From assembly GCA_902522465.1 (NCBI GenBank), contig CABYVV010000005.1:26361-90360 (forward strand): a stretch of DNA of 64,000 bases. The letters are read 5' to 3'. The DNA is from an uncultured Alphaproteobacteria bacterium (lineage in GTDB: Bacteria > Pseudomonadota > Alphaproteobacteria > Methylaequorales > Methylaequoraceae). The position numbers and the translations under genes were made by a program. The notes under the pieces were generated by a model, which worked only from the letters and a program-made list of their open reading frames with translations, was not told the DNA's origin and searched no databases. Positions 19,010 to 27,476 of this stretch are shown in pieces. The first letter of the stretch is position 1. Every line of letters starts with the position of its first letter.

Positions 19010-20194
19010 TTAATAATTTATTTCTATTTCAATTCTTCTGTTTTTTGCTCTTCCCTGTCTTGTATCATTAGATTCAACAGGTCTAGTTTCACCATAGCTT
19101 ATGGCTTTCATTCTTTTAGGATCAAGCGCTTTGTTAGTTGAAAGTTGTTGAACAACCGAGGCTGATCTTGCTGCCGCAAGATCCCAATTGTCTCTATAAT
19201 TAGAACCAAATGTCAAAGGGACGTTGTCAGTATGACCCATTACTAAAATTTCACTTCTGCCCTTTTGATTCTGCTCTGCAATCTTGGACATTATTTCTCT
19301 TGCTTTTCTAGTGAGTTCTGCAGAACCAGACTTAAATGCTCCAGCAGATCCAACAGTTATAATTACCTTGTCCTCTTCTCTATCAACATTGACTAAACCC
19401 TCTCCAATCTCTTGTTTAAGAGCAATTTTGAGTTTATCCTCTGCAAGTTCTGCCTTTTTTGCCTCCTCCTTTGCTGATTGACTCATTTCTGATTGTCCCA
19501 CACTATCCCCTTCTTTTCCTTCTGCCTCACTTTTTCCTTGGCTTGATGAAGCTGTTGCTAAATCTGCCAGTTGTTTTTCTAAACCTCCAATTAAGACTTC
19601 CGAATCTGATTTACCAGACGCAGCTTTAACCGATTCAACTGCGTTTAAGGTTTCTTGTAATAGTTGTGGTAATTCTTTTTCATCTGCCTCAGTTGGTGTA
19701 AAATTAACCACAACTTTGTTACCTAATGCCTCCACCTTGATATCACCTCTCGCGATAGCTTCTTGAATGTTTTTGGCAAGTTCTTGAGCCTCTTCTTTCT
19801 CACCATCATCTTTTGTGTTATCTTCTTTTTTTGTTTGAAGCTCAACCTTTGGCTGGTCAACCTCCGTTGTCTGTTGTTTCAAATTATCCTGAACAGCTGG
19901 CGTTGGATTTGGGCTAAAATTTAATGAAAGAATTGTTGTACCTTTTGGCGGTTCAACAACTGGGATAACCCTTTGAATACCAAAAGCATTCTTCATACTT
20001 CCACTAATTTGCTTAAATTTTGGAACGTTAAATTCTGCAAATGAAAGAATTAAAACAAAAAAGGCCATCAGCAATGTTGCCATATCAGCAAATGTTGCCA
20101 TCCAGGCTGGCGCTCCTTTTGGGGGACATTCTGGACATTCATGTTCCTCTTCTTCATTTGAAGTCTCTTGATTTTCGGTTTTCTCCTCAGCCAT
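19010..20194 (-). CDS. motB: Flagellar stator B subunit (PomB/MotB type) with OmpA-like PG-binding domain
   Basis: CPECPP..PAWMATFADM TM region; GHTD, NWDLAAARS and NRRIEI motifs. Confidence 0.93.
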   Translation of the reverse strand: MAEEKTENQETSNEEEEHECPECPPKGAPAWMATFADMATLLMAFFVLILSFAEFNVPKFKQISGSMKNAFGIQRVIPVVEPPKGTTILSLNFSPNPTPAVQDNLKQQTTEVDQPKVELQTKKEDNTKDDGEKEEAQELAKNIQEAIARGDIKVEALGNKVVVNFTPTEADEKELPQLLQETLNAVESVKAASGKSDSEVLIGGLEKQLADLATASSSQGKSEAEGKEGDSVGQSEMSQSAKEEAKKAELAEDKLKIALKQEIGEGLVNVDREEDKVIITVGSAGAFKSGSAELTRKAREIMSKIAEQNQKGRSEILVMGHTDNVPLTFGSNYRDNWDLAAARSASVVQQLSTNKALDPKRMKAISYGETRPVESNDTRQGRAKNRRIEIEINY

Positions 20195-20204
20195 GATTTA
20201 AACT

Positions 20205-20978
20205 TTAACCCCCAGCTGCAGCTTCTATTAGTTTTTGTTTTTCTTTTGGTGGGAGATTTGCAACAAGTTGATCTTGAATATTTCTTGGACTTTCTCCTCT
20301 AGAAATAAACTGTAAACCTGTAATAATCATTTCCCTGTAAGTTGTTTCGTAAGCTGAATATCCTTTTAATTTAATAACAATAGGCATGAAAATCGTATTT
20401 GCAATCATAGCTCCGTAAAGCGTGGTCAAAAGAGCAACTGCCATTGCAGGACCGATTGCTTTTGGATCTGCCATGTTACCTAGCATAGCAACAAGGCCAA
20501 CCAAAGTTCCAATCATTCCCATTGCAGGGGCTATATCAACCCAAGATTGAGCACAACCAATATTTTTCTCATGACGAACTTGCATAGCTTTAAGCTCTTT
20601 TTTTAATTGGATGGTTAACTTTGATTCATCTGCCCCGTCTACCAACATTTGCAAACCACCATCAAAAAACGGATCGGGTGTTTCCTGTCCCTCTAATGCC
20701 ATCATTCCATCTTTTCTTGCAATACCTGCTAATTCTACAATCCTTTCAATTAGTTCGTCCATTTTTTTTACTGGTGGTTTAAAAGCCTTACCAAAAGCTC
20801 CGAAAGAACCTAAATAAACAGGTAATGGAGCTGTATACATAACTGCAAAAAAGGAACCACCAAAAACAATTAATATCGATGGGACGTCAATATATGACCC
20901 CAATCCACCAGCTGAAATCATTGCACCAGCAATCATTCCTATTGTACCTAAAAACCCGATTAAAGTAGCTAAATCCAT
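20205..20978 (-). CDS. motA: Flagellar stator A subunit (PomA/MotA type)
   Basis: MDLATLIG, ARKDGMMALE, APAMGMIGTLVGLV and IGPAMAVALLTTLYGA motifs. Confidence 0.95.
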   Translation of the reverse strand: MDLATLIGFLGTIGMIAGAMISAGGLGSYIDVPSILIVFGGSFFAVMYTAPLPVYLGSFGAFGKAFKPPVKKMDELIERIVELAGIARKDGMMALEGQETPDPFFDGGLQMLVDGADESKLTIQLKKELKAMQVRHEKNIGCAQSWVDIAPAMGMIGTLVGLVAMLGNMADPKAIGPAMAVALLTTLYGAMIANTIFMPIVIKLKGYSAYETTYREMIITGLQFISRGESPRNIQDQLVANLPPKEKQKLIEAAAGG

Positions 20979-21017
20979 TTATTTATCCATTAACAGTTTA
21001 TATTTTAAATAGTATTT

Positions 21018-21033
21018 TGGTATAGATTCTGCA
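21018..21033 (+). promoter_or_regulatory. Possible divergent sigma54 promoter (TGGTATAGATTCTGCA) for the Lcl-domain gene
   Basis: GG-N10-GC motif that shares the central TGCA with the motA promoter. Confidence 0.5.
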
Positions 21034-21045
21034 ACTTTAATACCA
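21030..21045 (-). promoter_or_regulatory. Sigma54 promoter of motAB (TGGTATTAAAGTTGCA)
   Basis: GG-N10-GC with TTGCA, 52 bp upstream of motA. Confidence 0.75.
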
Positions 21046-21088
21046 AAATTCATTTTTTTTTTTTTAATTTAACATTTTATTGTAATAT

Positions 21089-21568
21089 ATGAAAATGATC
21101 AAAATCAAATTAATAATAATTACTCTGATCCTTGTTTTTTCAAAAGTCAATGCGTCTAATTTCATTGACAAGGGCTACTATGTTATTGATTTAAAAAATA
21201 AAATTGAATGGTTAAAATGTACTACTGGACAACAATGGAGCGATAAAGACAATACATGCCTAGGTAGAGCAGTAAAATTAGATTATCATTCAATAGAGGA
21301 AGCAATCAAACAACTTGATGATCAACTAGAAGGAAATTGGAGACTTCCTACAAGGAAAGAACTAGAAAGTTTGATTTGTAAAAGCTGTGAAGGAGTTAAA
21401 ATAGATAAAATCTTGTTTCCAAATACACCTGCCGAACCCTTTTGGACCTCTCAGAGAAACTGGTGGTCACCGAAGTTTTTCTGGTCTGTTAATTTTTTTA
21501 CCGGACATTCCTATGGACGCTTTGTTCCTGAGAAAGAACTATTTGTTAGGTTCGTTAAAGATCGTTAA
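21089..21568 (+). CDS. Secreted Lcl C-terminal (DUF1566) domain protein
   Basis: Signal peptide; IEWLKC..GQQW, WRLPTRKELESL, FWTS and WSVNFFTG motifs. Confidence 0.85.
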   Translation: MKMIKIKLIIITLILVFSKVNASNFIDKGYYVIDLKNKIEWLKCTTGQQWSDKDNTCLGRAVKLDYHSIEEAIKQLDDQLEGNWRLPTRKELESLICKSCEGVKIDKILFPNTPAEPFWTSQRNWWSPKFFWSVNFFTGHSYGRFVPEKELFVRFVKDR

Positions 21569-21765
21569 TCTTTTGTTCTTTTATACTCTAATAATTTTCC
21601 TATAAATATGGCGATACCTAATAAAAAAATTACTTTAACTGCGTTCCATGGTGTAACAAATGAAAGATAACTCAATTGATCTTTAAACATTAAAGCTGTT
21701 ATTATAATTAAAAGAATAAAAGCGATGAAAAATCTTATATATATGCAAATTCTACAATGTTTCAT
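21565..21765 (-). CDS. Small 2-TM protein with N-terminal CxxC
   Basis: MKHCRICIYIR followed by two hydrophobic helices; ATGA overlap with the SPOR gene. Confidence 0.65.
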   Translation of the reverse strand: MKHCRICIYIRFFIAFILLIIITALMFKDQLSYLSFVTPWNAVKVIFLLGIAIFIGKLLEYKRTKD

Positions 21766-22373
21766 TTTTTTAGAATCAAACAGTTAATCTTTTTTGATTT
21801 TGAAAATTTACAAATCGAATCTGCAATCTCTCTATTCTTTGAAATATAAATTAACTTAAAAAGTTTATTTTCAGAAAGAATCTTAAGATTATCAGAAAAT
21901 TCTGGATATTTAGCTGAAATTTGCTTCGAAATTAAATCTTTTTGTTTTTCTGCGTTGTTAATTTTAGAAAAAGCTCCAAACTGAATTTTTATTGTTTTTT
22001 GCGTACTATTTTGTTTTGAAATAGTTTTCTTTACCTCTTCATTTTTTATAACTTTTTTAGCCTCTGTAACTTTTATATTTGGATTAATTGATGATTCTGA
22101 AATGGTTGGTTTTTCAATAATTTCCTGATTTTTTTTACTTTTAATGTCTTTTAGTTTCCGATTTGGCTCTTTTTCAGGCAATGTATTAATTGTTGGATCA
22201 TCTATTTTTTTATTTATTGTTGAATCTTCATTCTTAATTTCCTTATCAATTTGATCAGACATAACGTAATCTTCTTTATAAAAATCTTCATTTTTTGATG
22301 TCAGGATTCTAACGTTAAAAAAAACTAAAAGAAAAATTGATGGTATAAGAATTAGCGGTAAGATTTTAATCAT
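21762..22373 (-). CDS. SPOR domain membrane-anchored protein
   Basis: N-terminal TM and C-terminal IQFGAFSKINNAEK...ICKFSKSKKINCLI. Confidence 0.8.
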   Translation of the reverse strand: MIKILPLILIPSIFLLVFFNVRILTSKNEDFYKEDYVMSDQIDKEIKNEDSTINKKIDDPTINTLPEKEPNRKLKDIKSKKNQEIIEKPTISESSINPNIKVTEAKKVIKNEEVKKTISKQNSTQKTIKIQFGAFSKINNAEKQKDLISKQISAKYPEFSDNLKILSENKLFKLIYISKNREIADSICKFSKSKKINCLILKK

Positions 22374-22468
22374 AATTAAAATAATAAGATAAATTCAAAA
22401 ATTTACTAGGAATATAAGCATTTCAAAAGTTTTTTTATATTTATTTTTTAAAAAATACATTAAAATTC

Positions 22469-22486
22469 AAGTCAAAATTCTGACTT
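22469..22486. promoter_or_regulatory. Putative FleQ-type palindrome AAGTCA-AAATTC-TGACTT upstream of rpoN
   Basis: Third GTCA-N6-TGAC dyad, 74 bp before the rpoN start. Confidence 0.55.
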
Positions 22487-22559
22487 CCCAAACATGTCAA
22501 ATTAAAGTTTTGCATTTTTTTTAAAAAAATTGTGAAATAATCATGAAAGGATAAAAATT

Positions 22560-24026
22560 ATGCAAATTTCACAGAATCTTAAGTTAAAGCAGAGTCAATC
22601 ACTAGTTATGACTCCTCAACTTCAACAAGCAATAAAATTACTTCAACTTAACAATCTTGAGTTAAGCAACTTGGTTAACAAAGAATTAGAAGAGAACCCG
22701 TTTCTTGAAAATGAAAATGAAAGCGTTGAATTAGAGGATAACAAAAATAATGAATATGAAGAAACAAATGACCTAAAGGATTCTTTTGAAAATGGTGAAT
22801 CTATTTCAGATGAACCAAAAAATGAAGATTATGAAAATAGATGGGATACCGAAAATAATTATGAAAGTTTTAAAAAGGGAAATTCTTTAGATCATAATGA
22901 TGTTGGAAGTGTAATAGAACAAACTCTTAGTAATAAAGTCTCACTGAAGTCTATTATTCAAAGCCAAGCTGATCTCCAATTTCAATCTAAAGAAGATAAA
23001 AGAATCTCTGAAATTTTAACAGATTATATCGATGAGAATGGATGGATTACAGAAAACTTAGTTAATATTTCAGAATTCAGTGGTTTTAAAATTTCTGAGA
23101 TTGAAAGAATTTTAAAAATTATGCAAACATTTGAACCTGACGGAATTTTTGCAAGGAATTTAAAAGAATGCCTTAAAATTCAACTAAGAAACAAGCAAAT
23201 GCTTGTTAACACATCTGAAGTAATAATAGATAATTTAGAAATGTTAGGTAATGGAAATATTAAATCACTTCAAAAGCTAACGTCCCTTAAAGAGGAAGAA
23301 CTTAGAGAACAAATAAAAATTATTAGGTCTTTAGATCCAAAACCAGGTAAAAAATATTCAGATGATAATTCAAATATCTTTCATCCTGATGTTATTGTTT
23401 CGAGAGTCAATTCCGATTGGTCTGTAGAACTTAATGAAAGCACTCTCCCCAAGATAACTATTAATGAAGACTACGTGAAAGAAATTGAAAGTCTCAAATG
23501 CAAAGAATCAGACAAAAAATTTATTAATGAATCTCTAAATTCAGCTAAATGGTTATTAAAAGCCATTCAACAAAGAAATTTAACTACCTTAAAAATTAGC
23601 TCTGAAATAGTTAATCAACAGAAACAATTCTTTGAAAAAGGCAAGAAATTCCTTAAACCAATGGTTCTAAAGGATGTGGCCAAAAAAATTAATATGCATG
23701 AAAGTACAGTTAGTAGAGTAACTTCAGATAAATTAATGCTTACTCCACGAGGAATCTTCGAAATGAAATTGTTCTTCAGTGCCTCAATTAGTAGTACAAA
23801 AAAAGGTGAGACTCACTCAGCTGAATCTGTGAGAGAATCACTAAAAAAATTAATAAGTTCTGAACCTGTAAATAACCCCTTGAGTGACGAAATGCTTGTG
23901 GAAAAGCTACAAGACGAGGGCATCGATTTAGCGAGAAGAACGGTTGCAAAATATAGAGAATTATTAAATATTCCAGCATCCTCTGTGAGAAGAAAAATAA
24001 TGAAGATTCAAAATATTAACTTATAA
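22560..24026 (+). CDS. rpoN: RNA polymerase sigma-54 factor
   Basis: MTPQLQQAIKLLQL, HESTVSR and the RpoN box ARRTVAKYRE. Confidence 0.98.
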   Translation: MQISQNLKLKQSQSLVMTPQLQQAIKLLQLNNLELSNLVNKELEENPFLENENESVELEDNKNNEYEETNDLKDSFENGESISDEPKNEDYENRWDTENNYESFKKGNSLDHNDVGSVIEQTLSNKVSLKSIIQSQADLQFQSKEDKRISEILTDYIDENGWITENLVNISEFSGFKISEIERILKIMQTFEPDGIFARNLKECLKIQLRNKQMLVNTSEVIIDNLEMLGNGNIKSLQKLTSLKEEELREQIKIIRSLDPKPGKKYSDDNSNIFHPDVIVSRVNSDWSVELNESTLPKITINEDYVKEIESLKCKESDKKFINESLNSAKWLLKAIQQRNLTTLKISSEIVNQQKQFFEKGKKFLKPMVLKDVAKKINMHESTVSRVTSDKLMLTPRGIFEMKLFFSASISSTKKGETHSAESVRESLKKLISSEPVNNPLSDEMLVEKLQDEGIDLARRTVAKYRELLNIPASSVRRKIMKIQNINL

Positions 24027-24097
24027 ACTTTGTTAAAAAAATATACTTGAATTGACCTTTTAAAGTCTTGATATTGATACACTGTTTTGTCTAGTGT

Positions 24098-24268
24098 TTA
24101 TGAATATCTAACTCTCTTAAATTCTTTAGTAGAATGATCTAAAAAATATGATAGAGGAAACACATCTGTCTTTACGTGTTTATCTTCGTCAAAATGAGTT
24201 ATCTTTATCATGGGATTTAATGTTGTTACACTATAATTTTTTGTATTAGATTTAATTTCTTCTTTCAT
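24098..24268 (-). CDS. Unannotated 56-aa protein MKEEIKSNTKNYSVTTLNPMIKITHFDEDKHVKTDVFPLSYFLDHSTKEFKRVRYS
   Basis: Translated by hand (below the ORF-track cutoff). Preceded by AAAGGAG and a sigma54 promoter; fills the rpoN-slt gap. Confidence 0.7.
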   Translation of the reverse strand: MKEEIKSNTKNYSVTTLNPMIKITHFDEDKHVKTDVFPLSYFLDHSTKEFKRVRYS

Positions 24269-24292
24269 TTTTTCTCCTTTTATCGTTAAATT

Positions 24293-24308
24293 TGCAAAAA
24301 TCTTGCCA
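24293..24308 (-). promoter_or_regulatory. Sigma54 promoter (TGGCAAGATTTTTGCA) of the 56-aa ORF
   Basis: Near-consensus -24/-12 motif 25 bp upstream of the ATG. Confidence 0.8.
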
Positions 24309-24320
24309 AATACAAAAAAG

Positions 24321-24926
24321 TTAAATCTTTTCTTTCTCTAAAATTTCCTTAAAAAACTTTACCTTTTGCTTATTTTTTTCAAAATAATTAGTTTTAATAA
24401 TTATTTTTTTTTGCCTTAAATTATTCCAAAAAGAGTATACTTTTTTTAAATATATTTTCTGCCTATACGGGATCGATGAATGATATCTGGAGATAGCTTC
24501 ATTCCAAGATTTGTGCCTCTTAAATAATTTATATAAGAAACTAGCTGCGTATTTTACATTTTGTTCAGGTTCAATCATCTGAGATACATTTTCAAAATTA
24601 TTCAGATGGTATTTAGTATTGATTTGCATGCATCCAACATCAATACTTTTTTTATCAGCATTTTTTTCTAAATAATTTAATACATCTTCTTTCCTATCGA
24701 AATAAATTGACTTACCCGATACGTTTAATGTCCAGGGCCATGATGAAAAACCATTTTTTTCTTTTTTTATGCCGGATTCTACCAAAGAAATTGAAGTCAG
24801 AAGGTTATTAGGTAAATTAAAAGCTTTACCATATTTTTCAGTATAAAAGTTACAACTTTTTATATTTTCTGAATTTGAATTAGTGTAAGGAAATATAAAA
24901 AAAAATAATGTGATAATTTTTTTCAT
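24321..24926 (-). CDS. Secreted lytic transglycosylase (SLT), probably flagellum-associated
   Basis: ISLVESG (catalytic Glu), WPWTLNVSG, SIDVGCMQIN and AISRYHS motifs; signal peptide. Confidence 0.9.
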   Translation of the reverse strand: MKKIITLFFFIFPYTNSNSENIKSCNFYTEKYGKAFNLPNNLLTSISLVESGIKKEKNGFSSWPWTLNVSGKSIYFDRKEDVLNYLEKNADKKSIDVGCMQINTKYHLNNFENVSQMIEPEQNVKYAASFLYKLFKRHKSWNEAISRYHSSIPYRQKIYLKKVYSFWNNLRQKKIIIKTNYFEKNKQKVKFFKEILEKEKI

Positions 24927-24937
24927 ACAAAAGTATG

Positions 24938-24953
24938 AGCAAATTAAATGCCA
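24938..24953 (-). promoter_or_regulatory. Sigma54 promoter of the SLT gene (TGGCATTTAATTTGCT)
   Basis: Near-consensus -24/-12 motif in the 32-bp intergenic gap. Confidence 0.75.
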
Positions 24954-24958
24954 AATAT

Positions 24959-26335
24959 TTATTTTTTTATTATAGAACTACTTAAAAGATCTCTACCAAC
25001 AGATATAAAGTTATAAGGATTGACAGATTTTCCATTTACTTTTACTTCATAATGCAAGTGAGCGCCAACTGCTCTTCCTGTGGATCCCATTCTTCCAATG
25101 ACCTGACCTTCAGTTACATTTGCTCCTTTTTTTACACTAAGCCTATGCAAGTGACCATAAAGAGTTGTAACTCCATGTTTATGTACGATTTTGATAGTTT
25201 TTCCGAAAGATCCATTTCTTCCTGAAAACGAAACATATCCATCTGCAGGCGCTCTCACTTCCTCTTGCCATGTTCCAGCCATATCAATACCGTGATGCAT
25301 TTGTTTTCTTTTTGATTTTGGATGAATTCTATAACCGTATGGACTTGACACGTAATAATACTGCATTGGAGGTTTCAAAGGAACATATATTATAGCATCT
25401 TTCAAATCCTGAAGAATCTGGAATCTTAAAGAGGTGTAATCCAGTAACTCCTCATTATCTCTATAGTTGATATTTTCTGTTAGTAAATTATTTATTTTAT
25501 GTATATCTAACTTTTCTGGTTTTAATTTTAATTCTACGAATACATTCATCAACTGAATAATTTCTGAATCTATTTTTTTGGTGAAGTTAATAATTTTTAG
25601 TTTTTTTGTTCTGGGAGCAACAAATGGAATCACTGGTAATTTGTTGTAAGCAAATTTATTATTATTTATTTTTGAAATTTTGGTAGAACCTACTTTACTC
25701 TCGATTGCGTGTTCCATAGCAATCATTTCTGGACTCGCAATTTTTGAGAATTGTTCGAATTTTACTTCATCTGAATGATTTACATCATCTGGAAAACTTA
25801 TTGAAATATTCCCCATTAAATTTTTAAGATTATCTATTTTTTCTTTTATTTGAATTTTGACATTATTAGATTTTTCTTTGTTTGTTGTTAATTCGTCTTC
25901 TTTATTTATGACAATTTGAATTTTTTCTGAGTTTAGTACTTGATCATTAATGGTTTTTTCTTTGGCAAGATCTTTTAGGGTTTGAATTTCTGTTTTTGTA
26001 AAACTTTGACTTGTTATTTCAGTATTTTTGTAAGTTAAATACGCGAAGAATGATGAAAAACCTAAAAATACTAATTGTAACATTTTAAAGGTGAAGACTA
26101 AAACCAAAATGAAAGCCGAAATATAGTGCTTGATATTAAATACCACCTCAATTGGTCCTCTTTTCGTGAAATATAAAAATCTCCTCTCTTTTAATAAATG
26201 TTTTAAATTTTTGGAAAACACACTTAAGTTTTTAGAAAAAACACTTGTTTCACCGAACCTTTGACTAGACTTTAGGTTTCTTAACAAACTAGATTTAATG
26301 TTATCATACGTAGATCTTTTGAAGAGATTTTCCAT
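24959..26335 (-). CDS. Membrane-anchored M23 metallopeptidase (LmdC/Csd1-like)
   Basis: HHGIDM, LYGHL and GAHLHYEV Zn motifs; N-terminal ERRF motif plus TM. Start at 26335 avoids overlap with the upstream gene. Confidence 0.9.
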   Translation of the reverse strand: MENLFKRSTYDNIKSSLLRNLKSSQRFGETSVFSKNLSVFSKNLKHLLKERRFLYFTKRGPIEVVFNIKHYISAFILVLVFTFKMLQLVFLGFSSFFAYLTYKNTEITSQSFTKTEIQTLKDLAKEKTINDQVLNSEKIQIVINKEDELTTNKEKSNNVKIQIKEKIDNLKNLMGNISISFPDDVNHSDEVKFEQFSKIASPEMIAMEHAIESKVGSTKISKINNNKFAYNKLPVIPFVAPRTKKLKIINFTKKIDSEIIQLMNVFVELKLKPEKLDIHKINNLLTENINYRDNEELLDYTSLRFQILQDLKDAIIYVPLKPPMQYYYVSSPYGYRIHPKSKRKQMHHGIDMAGTWQEEVRAPADGYVSFSGRNGSFGKTIKIVHKHGVTTLYGHLHRLSVKKGANVTEGQVIGRMGSTGRAVGAHLHYEVKVNGKSVNPYNFISVGRDLLSSSIIKK

Positions 26336-26340
26336 ATTGA

Positions 26341-26895
26341 TTATTTTAGATATAATACAATTACTAACATCATATTTGTTAGAAGTTGCATAAGCATAAT
26401 CAATAGCATTAGTTTCCATGAAATAGGATTACTAACATTTAAACTAAACTGAGGGAAAGGTTGCTTTTCATCAATTTTTACTGATTGTTTGTTCTCATCT
26501 ACCACTCTTTCATTCTGATAGTCATCATATTTTTTGAAACTTTCTTTGGATTCTTGTTTATTTCTTTTAAAATAGTTGGATTCATTGAGGTTTTCATTTT
26601 TTTGTTTATTATCTTTATCAATTTTAGCAGTTGTAATATAAACTTTATCTTCAATTGATTTTGATTTATTTTCTTCGGTTTTTGAAACATTTAATTTAGC
26701 TGAAATTTTAGCTTCGATGTTTTCTGTTTTAAAAACTTCATTATCAGTCTTAGTTTTTTGGTTAGGAACTCGATTATCGTTGATATCGTTAGCAGGTTTT
26801 TTTCTATCTTCCACACCTCCTTTTTGTCCTGGAACTGTAATCTGATTTCTCATCTTTTCTATTCTATCTCTTATATCAATAACTTGTTCTGTCAT
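26341..26895 (-). CDS. Hypothetical protein with disordered body and C-terminal TM anchor
   Basis: 184 aa, charged, ending in hydrophobic WKLMLLIMLMQLLTNMMLVIVLYLK. Confidence 0.7.
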   Translation of the reverse strand: MTEQVIDIRDRIEKMRNQITVPGQKGGVEDRKKPANDINDNRVPNQKTKTDNEVFKTENIEAKISAKLNVSKTEENKSKSIEDKVYITTAKIDKDNKQKNENLNESNYFKRNKQESKESFKKYDDYQNERVVDENKQSVKIDEKQPFPQFSLNVSNPISWKLMLLIMLMQLLTNMMLVIVLYLK

Positions 26896-26937
26896 AATAA
26901 TATCAAACTACTATATTTTATTAAAAAAGTAAATTTA

Positions 26938-26953
26938 TGCATTTAGTAAGCCA
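26938..26953 (-). promoter_or_regulatory. Possible sigma54 promoter (TGGCTTACTAAATGCA) for the TM-anchor/M23 operon
   Basis: GG-N10-GC with TGGC and TGCA, 43 bp upstream of the start; weaker -12 box. Confidence 0.5.
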
Positions 26954-27023
26954 AAATTAATAATAAAAACTTTTTTTTTAAATTTTTTTATGATAATCAT
27001 AAACTTTTACAAAGGTTTAAAGT

Positions 27024-27039
27024 TGGCAAAATAATTGCA
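27024..27039 (+). promoter_or_regulatory. Sigma54 promoter of the bactofilin operon (TGGCAAAATAATTGCA)
   Basis: Near-consensus -24/-12 motif. Confidence 0.8.
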
Positions 27040-27050
27040 CTAATTTAAAA

Positions 27051-27473
27051 ATGTTTTCAAGAGACTCTGATAAAGTATCCAAAACCTCAACCTCATCTAG
27101 CGTTATAGGTACGGAAATGCAAATTAATGGCAATATCAAGTGCAGTGGTAAACTAGTTCTTAAAGGAATGGTAAAAGGTAACATAGAATGCGAACACGTT
27201 CACATTTCAGCAGAGGGAACCCAAACAGGAAATATTAAGGCAATCGAGTGTATTATAGGAGGTAAGTTTACAGGAGACGTAGTCGCCGATTCACTGGCAT
27301 TTGAATCCAATGCAAATATTAAAGGAAATATGTATTATAATAGTCTGAGCGCAAGACCTGGATCAAATCTTGAAATTCACCTCTTTAGGGGGCTTGAAAA
27401 AAGAATTGAAGATAAAAGTCCAACTAAAGATAAAACAAAAAAAAGCACAAATAAAAAAAATAAAGGAACCTAA
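27051..27473 (+). CDS. Bactofilin (polymer-forming cytoskeletal protein) 1
   Basis: SVIGTEMQINGNIKCSGKLVLKGMVKGNI beta-helix repeats. Confidence 0.9.
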   Translation: MFSRDSDKVSKTSTSSSVIGTEMQINGNIKCSGKLVLKGMVKGNIECEHVHISAEGTQTGNIKAIECIIGGKFTGDVVADSLAFESNANIKGNMYYNSLSARPGSNLEIHLFRGLEKRIEDKSPTKDKTKKSTNKKNKGT

Positions 27474-27476
27474 AGT

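Noticed and set aside
26336..26419. ORF-track N-terminal extensions (M23 26419, fliE 2837, egtD 43684, cobA 37854, rfbB 55447, 29644)
   Set aside because: They overlap neighbouring genes substantially. Downstream ATGs with better RBS or coupling were used instead.
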